A DNA stretch of 26,277 bases. It comes from Rhodobacterales bacterium. GTDB taxonomy: Bacteria > Pseudomonadota > Alphaproteobacteria > Rhodobacterales > Rhodobacteraceae. Location: the NCBI GenBank assembly GCA_013298485.1, contig JAAFHS010000002.1:1-26277 (forward strand), written 5' to 3'. Of the stretch, positions 17,377 to 26,144 are shown in pieces. The first letter of the stretch is position 1. Every line of letters begins with the position of its first letter. Made by a program: the position numbers and the translations under genes. The notes below the pieces were generated by a model. That model did no database searches and was not told the origin of the DNA. It saw only the letters and a list, made by a program, of their open reading frames with translations.

Positions 17377-18324
17377 TCACCGTTCCTTCACTTTGTTCAG
17401 GGCTTTGACATAGATGCTGGCCAGGCCAAACACGGTGACGAACAGGATGATGGCATAGGCGGATGAGTAACCCGTGCGCCATTTTTCGAACGCTTCACGC
17501 TTGAGGTTGATGGATGCGAGTTCGGTGACGGAGCCGGGGCCGCCGCCCGTCAACTGCACCACCAGATCGAACATCTTGAAGTTCTCGATCCCCCGGAACA
17601 GCACGGCGAGCATCAGGAACGGCAGCACCATCGGGATCGTGATCGTCCAGAACTGCCGCCATTTGCTGGCGCGGTCGACCTCCGCCGCCTCATAGATGTA
17701 GTCGGGGATGGAGCGCAGGCCCGCAAGGCAGATCAGCATCACGAAGGGCGTCCACATCCATGTGTCCACGATAACGATGGCCCAGGGGGCAAGGGTCGTG
17801 GTGCCCAGCATCTCAAAGCTGGAGGCGGGGGTGCCGGTCAGAAATTCAACGGCATAGTTGAAAAGGCCGATCTGCGGCTGGTAGAGGAAGGTCCAGAAAT
17901 TGCCAACCACGGCGGGCGACAGCATCATCGGCAGCACGATCAGGGTGGTCCAAAGATCATTGCCCTTGAATTTCTTGTTGATGAGCCAGGCGAGGGTGAA
18001 ACCGATCAGCACTTGAAACACGATGGTCCAGAACAGGAAATGCGCGGTGGCCTGCATATTGGCCCAGATGCCGTCATCGGTCAGGATATTCTGATAATTC
18101 TCAAAGCCCACCCATTCGACGGCCTTGTTGGGCCGGTTGGCGCGGTAGTTGGTGAATGACAGATAGACTGTCCAGATCAGCGGAAAGATGTTGATCGCAA
18201 GCAGCAGAAAAATCGTGGGGGCGACGAACAGCCAGGCGATGGTGCGGTCAGACAGGCCCCTGATGCGGCGGGCGATGTTGGGCGGCGTCGCCCGGGCAGC
18301 GGCATCCATTGCGGAATGGGTCAT
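17377..18324 (-). CDS. Carbohydrate ABC permease (CUT1, MalF-like)
   Basis: Hydrophobic helices; WMWTPFVMLICLAGLRSIPDYIYEAAEVDRAS EAA region; FKMFDLV. Confidence 0.92.
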   Translation of the reverse strand: MTHSAMDAAARATPPNIARRIRGLSDRTIAWLFVAPTIFLLLAINIFPLIWTVYLSFTNYRANRPNKAVEWVGFENYQNILTDDGIWANMQATAHFLFWTIVFQVLIGFTLAWLINKKFKGNDLWTTLIVLPMMLSPAVVGNFWTFLYQPQIGLFNYAVEFLTGTPASSFEMLGTTTLAPWAIVIVDTWMWTPFVMLICLAGLRSIPDYIYEAAEVDRASKWRQFWTITIPMVLPFLMLAVLFRGIENFKMFDLVVQLTGGGPGSVTELASINLKREAFEKWRTGYSSAYAIILFVTVFGLASIYVKALNKVKER

Positions 18325-18395
18325 GGGCGCAGGGGCTCCTCTGCGGGTCGTGCGGAACTGGTTTTCGGGGACAGATCCCCGGTCAGGGGAAGGGA

Positions 18396-18420
18396 TGACC
18401 CCCGGCGATGCCGGGGGTCA
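18396..18420 (-). other. Intercistronic stem-loop after the binding-protein gene
   Basis: Perfect 11-bp inverted repeat TGACCCCCGGC-gat-GCCGGGGGTCA just downstream of the binding-protein stop, with no following U-tract on the minus strand. Confidence 0.6.
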
Positions 18421-18428
18421 AAACGGCA

Positions 18429-19748
18429 TCAGAGCTTGCCTTCTTCTTTGAACACTTCGGTCCAGTCTGCGACCAGACCATCCAGCGCCTCTTGTGCAGT
18501 GCCTTCGCCTGCGACCACGTAGTTGTGCATGCGTTCCTGCATCGCCAGCAGCAATTCCGCATAGGCCGGTTCCTGCCAGAAGTCCTGCACGTTCGCCATA
18601 GCCTCAAGGAAGTCACCCGCGAAGGGCTGGCTGGTGGCAAAGCCCGGGTCATTCAGCACGGCATTATGTGCGGAATAGCCGCCAAGCGCCCACCATTTGG
18701 CCTGCACATCGGGCTGGGCAAACCACTTGATATACTCAAGCGCGCCTTCCTGATTGTCGGAATAGCTGACCACGGAAATGCCCTGCCCACCCAAGGTGGA
18801 GCCCTGCACGTTCTGGCCGGGATTCACGAAGAAGTCGATCTTGTCGCCCCCGGTATTGGGATCGGCATAAAGGCCCGGGAAGAAGGCGAACCAGTTCATC
18901 GCCATGGCGACCTGACCGGATTTGAACGCATCCAGCGATTCCGTCATATAGGCATTGGTATAGCCGGGTGGTGTGCAGCAATCATAGAGCGACTTGTAGA
19001 ACTCCAGCGCCTCCACTGCGGCGGGGGAGTTGACGGCCCCTTCCATGTCATAGGAACCCGGCGTGTTTTCGTACTTGAAGCCCCAGGCATAGAGTGCGCC
19101 GGTGATGCCCATGGTGATGCCTTCGGATCCGCGTTCGGTAAAGATCGACGCGCCATAGACGGTCTGGCCATCAATTTCGCGGCCCTGGAAGAACTTTGCG
19201 ATATCGCGCAGTTCCAGCTGCGTCTTGGGTTCGGCCAGAGGGCGGCCATATTCGGCCTGAAATGCCTCTTGCAGCTCCGGACGGGCGAACCAGTCCTTGC
19301 GGTAGAACCAGCCGTTGGCGTCACCCATGGCAGGCAGCGCATAGTAGTTCTCGGTCCCCTTGGGCCAGGTTGAATAGGCGTAAACGGTGGCCGGGGCGAA
19401 ATCATCCATACTGATGCCATTGGCATCGAAGAAATCGTTCAGTTTGACGTAGTGGCCGTTTTCGGCGCCGCCGCCGATCCACTGACTGTCGCCGATCAGC
19501 AGATCGCATAGCTGACCACCGGAGTTCAGCTCGTTCAGCATGCGGTCGGCAAAGTTGGGCCATGGAATGAATTCGAAATTCATCTTGGTGCCGGATTGTT
19601 CCTCGAATTCCTTGGACAGCTCGACCAGAGCGTTCGCCGGGTCCCATGCCGCCCAGCAGAGCGTCAGCTCCCCTTCGGCGCGGGCACCGGATGCAGCCCC
19701 CAGAACAAGCGCCATTGCCGCAGACGCGGCAAGATAACGTGCTTTCAT
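18429..19748 (-). CDS. Sugar/polyol ABC periplasmic binding protein (CUT1)
   Basis: Signal peptide MKARYLAASAAMALVLGAASGARA, GGGAGG RBS before ATG 19748, SBP family 1-like features (FKSGQVAMAMNWFAF, STLGGQGISV). Confidence 0.9.
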   Translation of the reverse strand: MKARYLAASAAMALVLGAASGARAEGELTLCWAAWDPANALVELSKEFEEQSGTKMNFEFIPWPNFADRMLNELNSGGQLCDLLIGDSQWIGGGAENGHYVKLNDFFDANGISMDDFAPATVYAYSTWPKGTENYYALPAMGDANGWFYRKDWFARPELQEAFQAEYGRPLAEPKTQLELRDIAKFFQGREIDGQTVYGASIFTERGSEGITMGITGALYAWGFKYENTPGSYDMEGAVNSPAAVEALEFYKSLYDCCTPPGYTNAYMTESLDAFKSGQVAMAMNWFAFFPGLYADPNTGGDKIDFFVNPGQNVQGSTLGGQGISVVSYSDNQEGALEYIKWFAQPDVQAKWWALGGYSAHNAVLNDPGFATSQPFAGDFLEAMANVQDFWQEPAYAELLLAMQERMHNYVVAGEGTAQEALDGLVADWTEVFKEEGKL

Positions 19749-19809
19749 GTCTTCCTCCCAGTTGCAAAATGATGGCGGGGCGAATCCCCACACGTTTTGG
19801 ATTGAGGGT

Positions 19810-19838
19810 ACATTAGAGGCGGAACATGGGCCTTGCAA
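19810..19838 (-). promoter_or_regulatory. Sigma70-type promoter for the sugar ABC operon
   Basis: TTGCAA-N17-TAATGT on the minus strand, upstream of the binding-protein gene. Confidence 0.55.
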
Positions 19839-19846
19839 CAGATTTT

Positions 19847-19862
19847 TGAGGGACGTACCTCA
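19847..19862. promoter_or_regulatory. LacI-type operator 1, TGAGGGACGTACCTCA
   Basis: Near-perfect 16-bp palindrome with central CG; 14/16 identical (reverse complement) to the site upstream of the lacI-family gene. Confidence 0.7.
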
Positions 19863-19914
19863 TTTCACGGAAACACCTTGTTCAAACCGTTTTGAAGGCG
19901 GTTTGACGCTTTGA

Positions 19915-20952
19915 TCAGGGCGTTTCGGGCGGCAGATTTTCGCGGATCAGGATGTCGATGCGAATCCGTTCCTGCCCTTCGTCGATGGCAAGACGGTCGA
20001 TCCGGGCGCGCAGCACGCGCAGGGCCGAGCGCGCAAGATGGCCTGCATCCTGTGAAATGACCGCGTGAATGGTACCGTCAAGCAGCGCCTCGCGCGTGTG
20101 ACCCGTCAGCTCATGCGCCACGACGACGACCTTGCCCGCGAGGCCCGCTTTGCGCAACGCATCGGTAACGCCGCGCGTCCCCGCCCCCGCAGTATAGACC
20201 GCCACGACCTGATCCTGCGCGGCAAGGCAGGCGCTGAGCACACGTTCGGTCAGATCGCGGTCATCATGTCCTTCGAGCGAGGGCAGCGACTGCAGATGCG
20301 GAAACCGTTCTGCCAGCACAAGATCAAGGCCGAAGCGGCGATCAACCATGTCGCGGGCCAGCATGGAACTGACGACGACAGCGACTTTGCCTGGGGCAGG
20401 CCCCGCAAAGCGGCCCAGCAGGACCCCCGCCGTGCGGCCTGCGGCGACGTTGTCGATGCCGACGAAATGATCGCGCGGGGCCTGCGGCTGATCCGTGATC
20501 AGCGAGACGACAGCGGTGCCCTGCGCCTTCAGCCGCACCACCAGATCGCGCACTTCGGGGGTTTCGTTGGCCATGATCGCGCAGCCATCCAGCGGCAGGT
20601 CAAGGCAGGCTTCGACCGCGAGCACGAGGGCATGCGGATCGCGCGGCGGCACAGTCAGGATCAGCACCTCGCTGGCCTCGCCCACAGGGCCGCGCGCAAC
20701 CTCGGTGATCGCCATGCGCAGGGCTTGCAGGAACTGACTTTGCACATCGGGCAGCACGAAGACAAACCGGTACAGCCGCTGACGGGCGAGGTTGGCTGCC
20801 GCGACATTGCGCACATAGCCAAGCCGGGTGATGGCATCATTGACCGCGAGAACGGTTTTTTCACGCACGCCGGGACGGGCGTTCAAGACGCGGTCAACGG
20901 TTGCAAGGCTGACCCCCGCTTCGCGCGCGATATCAATAACGGTCGGCCGCAC
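19915..20952 (-). CDS. LacI-family transcriptional regulator
   Basis: RPTVIDIAREAGVSLATVDRVLN HTH, hinge NVAAANLA, FVGIDNVAAGRTAG. GTG start at 20952 behind GGAGGGGA. Confidence 0.93.
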   Translation of the reverse strand: MRPTVIDIAREAGVSLATVDRVLNARPGVREKTVLAVNDAITRLGYVRNVAAANLARQRLYRFVFVLPDVQSQFLQALRMAITEVARGPVGEASEVLILTVPPRDPHALVLAVEACLDLPLDGCAIMANETPEVRDLVVRLKAQGTAVVSLITDQPQAPRDHFVGIDNVAAGRTAGVLLGRFAGPAPGKVAVVVSSMLARDMVDRRFGLDLVLAERFPHLQSLPSLEGHDDRDLTERVLSACLAAQDQVVAVYTAGAGTRGVTDALRKAGLAGKVVVVAHELTGHTREALLDGTIHAVISQDAGHLARSALRVLRARIDRLAIDEGQERIRIDILIRENLPPETP

Positions 20953-20976
20953 CAGTCCCCTCCGGTTTTGTGGTGT

Positions 20977-21008
20977 AGTATCGGCTGGATGCTGAGGTAC
21001 GTCAATCA
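20977..21008 (-). promoter_or_regulatory. Promoter of the lacI-family gene (TTGACG-N17-GATACT) overlapped by operator 2 (TGAGGTACGTCAATCA, 20993-21008)
   Basis: -35 at 21005-21000 and -10 at 20982-20977; the operator covers the -35 box. Confidence 0.65.
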
Positions 21009-21048
21009 GCGCGGTGATCGACCGTGTCTCAGCGCGGCCCGACAGGCC

Positions 21049-21077
21049 TTGCATTGGCGCAGGCTTTGACTTATCTC
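21049..21077 (+). promoter_or_regulatory. Candidate promoter for tRNA-Cys
   Basis: TTGCAT-N17-TATCTC ending 17 bp before tRNA position 1. Confidence 0.4.
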
Positions 21078-21094
21078 CCCGTCATCTGTGGCTC

Positions 21095-21168
21095 GGCGGG
21101 TGGGCAGGCAGGCTATGCACCGGATTGCAAATCCGAGTAGACCGGTTCGATTCCGGTACCCGCCTCCA
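21095..21168 (+). tRNA. tRNA-Cys (GCA), 74 nt, with non-canonical core positions
   Basis: Manual cloverleaf: GGCGGGT/ACCCGCC acceptor stem, U73 discriminator, encoded CCA, anticodon loop TTGCAAA, T arm ACCGG-TTCGATT-CCGGT. Confidence 0.9.
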
Positions 21169-21184
21169 GATTTCCCCTGCGATT

Positions 21185-22642
21185 TCAGGTGCCGCAATAA
21201 GTGACATAGGGGGCCAGCCCCTGTGGCGCAGGCAGGGTGTAGCGTTCGTTGAAGTGCGTCTCGGCGAAGGGATCGGTGATCTCGGCCAGCAGCCGGTCGA
21301 ACGGGACCATATCGCCTTCGGTTGCCGCAACAAGCGCATCTTCAACCAGGTGATTGCGCGGAATAACGGCGGGGTTCGTCCTGTTCATCCGGGCCTGCGC
21401 ATCCGGCGCGAGGCGCGCCTGCCAACGGGGCAGCCAGATTTTCAGGGCCGTGGAATCTTTGAACAACGGGGCGAGGGTTGCGGTGTCGCCCATGGTGGCG
21501 TCGGCAAGGCGGCGGAAGGTCAGGGTCCAGTCGGCCCCCTGCCCTGTCATGGCCGCCAGCAGATCATCGGCAAGCGCACCATCGGCGTCATCCGTGCCAT
21601 CGAGGCCAAGTTTCGCGCGCATCACATCAACCCATGCGGCGCGGTACTGGCCCGCAATCGCGGTCAGTCGGTCATTGGCCAGATCGACGGCGCGGGTTTC
21701 ATCCGCGTCAAACAGCGGCAACAGGGTTTCGGCCAGCCGCGCAAGGTTCCAGCCCAGGATCAGGGGCTGGTTGGCATAGGCATAGCGCCCGGTCTGATCG
21801 ATCGAGGAAAAGACCGTTCCGGGGGCGTAGCCTTCCATAAAGGCGCAGGGGCCGTAGTCGATCGTTTCACCCGACAGGGTCATGTTATCAGTGTTCATCA
21901 CGCCGTGGATGAAGCCCAGCCCCATCCACCCGGCGATCAGGCGGCACTGGCGGGCGATGACGCCATCGAACAGGGCGAGATAGGGGTTGGCGGCGCTTGC
22001 GGCACCCGGATCGTGGCGCGCGATGGTGTAATCGGCGAGTGTCTTGACCCTTGCCGTATCCCCGCGCGCGGCAAAGAACTGGAATGTGCCCACGCGGATA
22101 TAGCTGGCCGCGACACGAGTCAGAACGGCACCGGGCAAGGGGGCCTCGCGGTAGACGACATCGCCCGTGGCCACGGCGGCAAGGGCGCGGGTGGTGGGCA
22201 CGCCCAGGGCATGCATCGCCTCACCGATCAGGTATTCGCGCAGGACGGGGCCGATGGCCGCCTTACCATCGCCACCGCGTGAAAACGGGGTCAGGCCAGA
22301 GCCTTTGAGGGCGATATCGCGGCGCTGGCCCGTGCTGTCAATCACCTCGCCCAGCAGCAGGGCGCGGCCGTCCCCGAGTTGCGGGGAAAAGCCGCCGAAC
22401 TGGTGGCCCGCATAGGCCTGGGCAATGGGTGCCGCACCTTCGGGCAGGGCCGCACCCGAAAAGATCATCGCCGCCTGCTGTTCCAGACGGTCGGGATCAA
22501 TGCCAAGCTCAATCGCGAGCGCGCGGTTCAGGCGCAACAAACGGGGGGCCGGAGCCTTGGCGGGGGATTGGGCGATGAAGGTGCCAGGCAGATCGCGGGC
22601 GTAGGTGTTGTTGAAGGCGATAAGGGGGGATGCAGCGTCCAT
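21185..22642 (-). CDS. selO: Protein adenylyltransferase SelO (YdiU family)
   Basis: YAGHQFGGFSPQLGDGRA, LKGSGLTPFSRGGDGKA, HGVMNTDNM, IDYGP, NPAVIPRNH, C-terminal YCGT. Confidence 0.93.
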   Translation of the reverse strand: MDAASPLIAFNNTYARDLPGTFIAQSPAKAPAPRLLRLNRALAIELGIDPDRLEQQAAMIFSGAALPEGAAPIAQAYAGHQFGGFSPQLGDGRALLLGEVIDSTGQRRDIALKGSGLTPFSRGGDGKAAIGPVLREYLIGEAMHALGVPTTRALAAVATGDVVYREAPLPGAVLTRVAASYIRVGTFQFFAARGDTARVKTLADYTIARHDPGAASAANPYLALFDGVIARQCRLIAGWMGLGFIHGVMNTDNMTLSGETIDYGPCAFMEGYAPGTVFSSIDQTGRYAYANQPLILGWNLARLAETLLPLFDADETRAVDLANDRLTAIAGQYRAAWVDVMRAKLGLDGTDDADGALADDLLAAMTGQGADWTLTFRRLADATMGDTATLAPLFKDSTALKIWLPRWQARLAPDAQARMNRTNPAVIPRNHLVEDALVAATEGDMVPFDRLLAEITDPFAETHFNERYTLPAPQGLAPYVTYCGT

Positions 22643-22684
22643 GCGCCAGATATGGCGCTGTTCGCAGAATGAAACAAGGTGATG

Positions 22685-22761
22685 TGGTCGGGGCGGAGGG
22701 ATTCGAACTCTCGACCTACGGTACCCAAAACCGTCGCGCTACCAGACTGCGCTACGCCCCG
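22685..22761 (-). tRNA. tRNA-Pro (TGG), 77 nt
   Basis: CGGGGCG/CGCCCCG acceptor stem, D arm GCGC-AGTCTGGTA-GCGC, anticodon arm ACGGT-TTTGGGT-ACCGT, TTCGAAT loop, encoded CCA. Confidence 0.95.
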
Positions 22762-22783
22762 ACTGCCGCGCACATAGCAGACA

Positions 22784-23275
22784 TCACGGGGGAATGGAAA
22801 GGGCCTCTTCAAGGGTGCAGGGAAATGCCGCGATGGACTGATCAATCGCCGGATGGCGCAGCGCTGCACCTTCGGTAATGCCCAGCCTGCGGGCAAGACC
22901 GCCGTTGATTTCCAGCACGAACTGCACGCCTGACCCGCCGTCAATGGGCGTGCGGTCCTGCGGGATGGCATTTTCATGGACGCGGGTGACGACGCCTGTC
23001 TCATCCGCAAAGAGCATATCCAGCGGGATCAGCGTGTCTTTCATCCAGAATGAGGCGCGACGCGGGCTGCCATAGACAAACAGCATGCCTGCGGCCGCTG
23101 GCATGCTTTCGCGGAACATCAGGCCTTCGCTGCGTTCCGCATTGCTGTCGGCCACTTCGACGGAAAAGCGGGTGACACCGCCCTGCCCCCGCACCTCTAG
23201 CGTGTCGGGGCGGCAGTCAGCCTGGGCCGTACCTGCCAGAACACAAAGAACTATTGCCGCGCGGCCGATTCCCAT
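22784..23275 (-). CDS. DUF192 domain-containing exported protein
   Basis: Signal-like N-terminus; FSVEVAD...RSEGLMFR...GMLF...FWMKDTLIPLDMLF...VLEINGG; sits in the usual CSP-DUF192-tRNA-Pro order. Confidence 0.88.
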   Translation of the reverse strand: MGIGRAAIVLCVLAGTAQADCRPDTLEVRGQGGVTRFSVEVADSNAERSEGLMFRESMPAAAGMLFVYGSPRRASFWMKDTLIPLDMLFADETGVVTRVHENAIPQDRTPIDGGSGVQFVLEINGGLARRLGITEGAALRHPAIDQSIAAFPCTLEEALSIPP

Positions 23276-23778
23276 GACACCACCTGAACGGCCATGCGGC
23301 CACGCTTCCCTTCGAGTATCCGCAGACACACCGCCTCGCCCGGCTGCAGGTCGGCAAAGCCGGACTGACGCAGCACTTCGATATGGATGAATACGTCTTC
23401 GGTGCGGCCAAACACATTGGCAAAGCCGAAACCCTTGCCCTTGTCGAACCATTTCACGCGCGCAGGCTCCAACGGCTGGGCGGCGATCGCCTCGGGCGTG
23501 GCCGCATCGGAATCCTCCCCCAGCGGAAAATGCACATGTGCAGGCGCCTCAATCATCACCACTTCAACCGCTTGCACCCCGCGTGCCGTCTTTTGCACAC
23601 GCACCGTTATCTTTGCACCATCCGCAACCGAGCTTTGCCCGAAATTGCGCAAAACATTGGCATGAAGCAAGATGTCCGATCCTGCCTCGTCACCAACAAT
23701 AAAGCCAAACCCTTTGACCGGGTCAAACCATTTCACCTGGCCATGCACAACCGGCATGTCCTGAATTTCGTCTTCCAT
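23251..23778 (-). CDS. Cold-shock domain protein with two CSDs
   Basis: Two RNP-1-like motifs, VKWFDPVKGFGFI and VKWFDKGKGFGFA, followed by DILLH and DVFIH respectively. Confidence 0.92.
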   Translation of the reverse strand: MEDEIQDMPVVHGQVKWFDPVKGFGFIVGDEAGSDILLHANVLRNFGQSSVADGAKITVRVQKTARGVQAVEVVMIEAPAHVHFPLGEDSDAATPEAIAAQPLEPARVKWFDKGKGFGFANVFGRTEDVFIHIEVLRQSGFADLQPGEAVCLRILEGKRGRMAVQVVSWESAARQ

Positions 23779-23962
23779 GGCGAGAGCCGCTTCCCCAGAT
23801 TAAGCCCACCGCAGCGAGTGTGTCACAGTTGCTGCGTTTAGTTAAGGGCATACGGCCCGGAAATCGTGTGCGCCCCCACTCGGGGGACGAACCCTTTGCC
23901 GCGCGTCTTGACGCGCACGGAAAGCAACCGAGTGCGTTATGTCTGAATTCGGCGCGCCGGTG

Positions 23963-24586
23963 TCAAGGGTTTAGACGCGTGATATTCCAAGGATCATGCG
24001 GGTTCTCGCGCATCCAGCGGAACCGGTCATGCAGGCGGAACGGCCCGTCAGCCCAGAATTCGATCTCAACCGGCAGGATGCGGAAGCCGCCCCAGAACGG
24101 CGGACGGGGGGGATTGAGGCCGTGTTTGGCCGTCTGACGCGCGACTTCGGCGACCAAAGCACCCCGCGATGACAGGGGTTTGGATTGATCCGACGCCCAG
24201 GCCCCGAGCCGGGATTTCAGGCTGCGCGAGGCGTAATAGGCATCCGCCTGCGCGCCTTCTTCTCGGCTGACGATGCCGCGCACGCGGATCTGGCGGCGCA
24301 GGGATTTCCAGTGCAGAACGAACGCCGCCTTGCCAGCGCCTTCGATCTCGACCGCCTTTTTGCTGGTGTAATTGGTGTAGAAGACGAACGCCTGCGCCTC
24401 GATTTCCTTCAGCAGCACCATGCGCACATTGGGCAGGCCATCCGCATCCACGGTGGCAAGGGCAATCGCATTCGGATCGTTGGGTTCAGACGCCTCAGCC
24501 TCGGCCAGCCAGCTTTGTGCAATCTTGAACGGGTCATCACCTGCAAAAATGCCGCTGCGATCGGGGCCTTCGGGACTTGCATCCAT
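23963..24586 (-). CDS. pdxH: Pyridoxamine 5'-phosphate oxidase
   Basis: [49 protein letters not shown]. Start is ATG 24586 (best RBS spacing) or 24592. Confidence 0.95.
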   Translation of the reverse strand: MDASPEGPDRSGIFAGDDPFKIAQSWLAEAEASEPNDPNAIALATVDADGLPNVRMVLLKEIEAQAFVFYTNYTSKKAVEIEGAGKAAFVLHWKSLRRQIRVRGIVSREEGAQADAYYASRSLKSRLGAWASDQSKPLSSRGALVAEVARQTAKHGLNPPRPPFWGGFRILPVEIEFWADGPFRLHDRFRWMRENPHDPWNITRLNP

Positions 24587-24698
24587 GGTCATTCCTTTCC
24601 TGGGCCGGCACCCGCATGGCTGTCGGGGGGCGGCTTGATGCAGCGCGACACTTCGCCTACACCATGCGTCAAGAACCAAAGTGGGCGGGGGACGGGAT

Positions 24699-25523
24699 AT
24701 GTCAACAGGACTTCTGAAGGGCAAGCGGGGCCTGATCATGGGCCTGGCCAATGACAAGTCGATTGCCTGGGGCATTGCCAAAGCCTGCGCCGATGCGGGG
24801 GCGGAACTCGCGTTCTCGTATCAGGGTGAGGCGCTGAAAAAACGGGTGGAGCCATTGATGGCCACCATCGGTGCGACGGAAATGTATGAATGCGATGTGG
24901 CTGATGAGGCGACGCTGGACGCACTGTTCGCGCATCTGAAATCCGTCTGGGGGCATCTGGATTTCGTGGTGCATGCCATCGGGTTTTCCGACAAGAACGA
25001 ATTGCGCGGACGGTACGTGGATACGTCGGCGGCGAATTTCCGCATGACGATGGATATCTCGGTCTATTCCTTTACCGCCGTCTGCCAGCGGGCATCGGCT
25101 ATGATGGGCCCGGGGGGCAGCCTGCTGACGCTCACCTATTTCGGCGCGGAAAAGGTGATGCCGCATTATAACGTGATGGGGGTCGCCAAGGCCGCACTTG
25201 AGGCGAGCGTCAAGTATCTGGCCGAGGATCTGGGCAAGGATGGCATTCGCGTGAATGCAATCTCGGCCGGCCCGATCAAGACGCTGGCGGCCAGTGGCAT
25301 CGGCGATTTCCGCTATATCATGAAATGGAACGAGCTGAATTCGCCCCTGCGGCGCAACGTGACGCAGGAAGAGGTGGGCAAGGCGGCCCTTTATCTGCTG
25401 TCGGACCTGGGGTCGGGCACGACGGGCGAAAATCTGCATGTCGATGCAGGCTATCATGTGGTGGGCATGAAGGCCGTGGATGCGCCCGATATCGATGCGA
25501 CGCGCAAGGAGGGCGGACAATGA
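24699..25523 (+). CDS. fabI: Enoyl-ACP reductase
   Basis: [52 protein letters not shown]. Confidence 0.96.
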   Translation: MSTGLLKGKRGLIMGLANDKSIAWGIAKACADAGAELAFSYQGEALKKRVEPLMATIGATEMYECDVADEATLDALFAHLKSVWGHLDFVVHAIGFSDKNELRGRYVDTSAANFRMTMDISVYSFTAVCQRASAMMGPGGSLLTLTYFGAEKVMPHYNVMGVAKAALEASVKYLAEDLGKDGIRVNAISAGPIKTLAASGIGDFRYIMKWNELNSPLRRNVTQEEVGKAALYLLSDLGSGTTGENLHVDAGYHVVGMKAVDAPDIDATRKEGGQ

Positions 25524-26134
25524 CATTTGCCGCCTTTACCGCCGCATGGTTCCTGCACCTGATTGCGGCGGCAAGCCCCGGCCCTGCCGTCCTGATGACG
25601 GCGCGGACGGGCATGACCGAGGGGTTTCTGACGGGTGTCTGGGTCGCGGTGGGCGTGGCGCTTGGCGCGGTCGTCTGGGCGATTGCGGCCCTGTTCGGGC
25701 TGGCCGTTCTGTTCAAATTTGCACCGGCCCTGCTGTGGGGGTACAAGATCGCCGGTGGCCTGTTCCTGATCTGGATCGCCTGGCAGATGTGGAGCCACGC
25801 GACCGAGCCGCTGGATATGGCCGCAACAGGCGATGTCGCCCGCAGCCGCGCATCTGCGTTCCGCCTTGGGCTTGTCACGAACCTTGCAAACCCGAAACCG
25901 GCGGTGTTCTTCGGGGCGGTGTTTGTGGGCACCGTGCCGCCGGGAACAAGCCTGCCATGGATCGCCGCCCTGCTTGTGATGGTTTTCCTGAACGAGGTGA
26001 TCTGCAATGCCGCCGTCGCCCGTGCGTTTTCGTTTGACGCCCCGCGCCGCATCTACACCCGCCTGAAAACCGGGATCGACCGCAGTTTTGGCGGTATCCT
26101 TGCCCTGCTGGGCGTCAAGATCGCTGCCACCTGA
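25520..26134 (+). CDS. LysE/RhtB-family amino-acid exporter
   Basis: [19 protein letters not shown] and hydrophobic helices; ATGA overlap with fabI. Confidence 0.9.
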   Translation: MTFAAFTAAWFLHLIAAASPGPAVLMTARTGMTEGFLTGVWVAVGVALGAVVWAIAALFGLAVLFKFAPALLWGYKIAGGLFLIWIAWQMWSHATEPLDMAATGDVARSRASAFRLGLVTNLANPKPAVFFGAVFVGTVPPGTSLPWIAALLVMVFLNEVICNAAVARAFSFDAPRRIYTRLKTGIDRSFGGILALLGVKIAAT

Positions 26135-26144
26135 AAGGACTGCC

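Noticed and set aside
21185-21196. selO ends Cys-Gly-Thr-TGA, which would read CxxU if UGA encoded selenocysteine, with hairpins downstream
   Set aside because: The CGT tail corresponds to the family's terminal C/U-S-S, so the Cys already occupies the Sec-equivalent position. The downstream hairpins are simply the antisense tRNA-Cys arms. A check for selA/selB/selC and orthologue stop codons would settle it.
22693-22713. Single A.C mismatch in the tRNA-Pro T stem (GAGAG/CCCTC)
   Set aside because: An isolated mismatch in an otherwise canonical tRNA; not enough to suggest altered function.
21095-22761. tRNA genes as integration sites of a genomic island or prophage
   Set aside because: No integrase, transposase or duplicated tRNA 3' end seen in the window, and the accessory block lies on the 5' side of tRNA-Cys.
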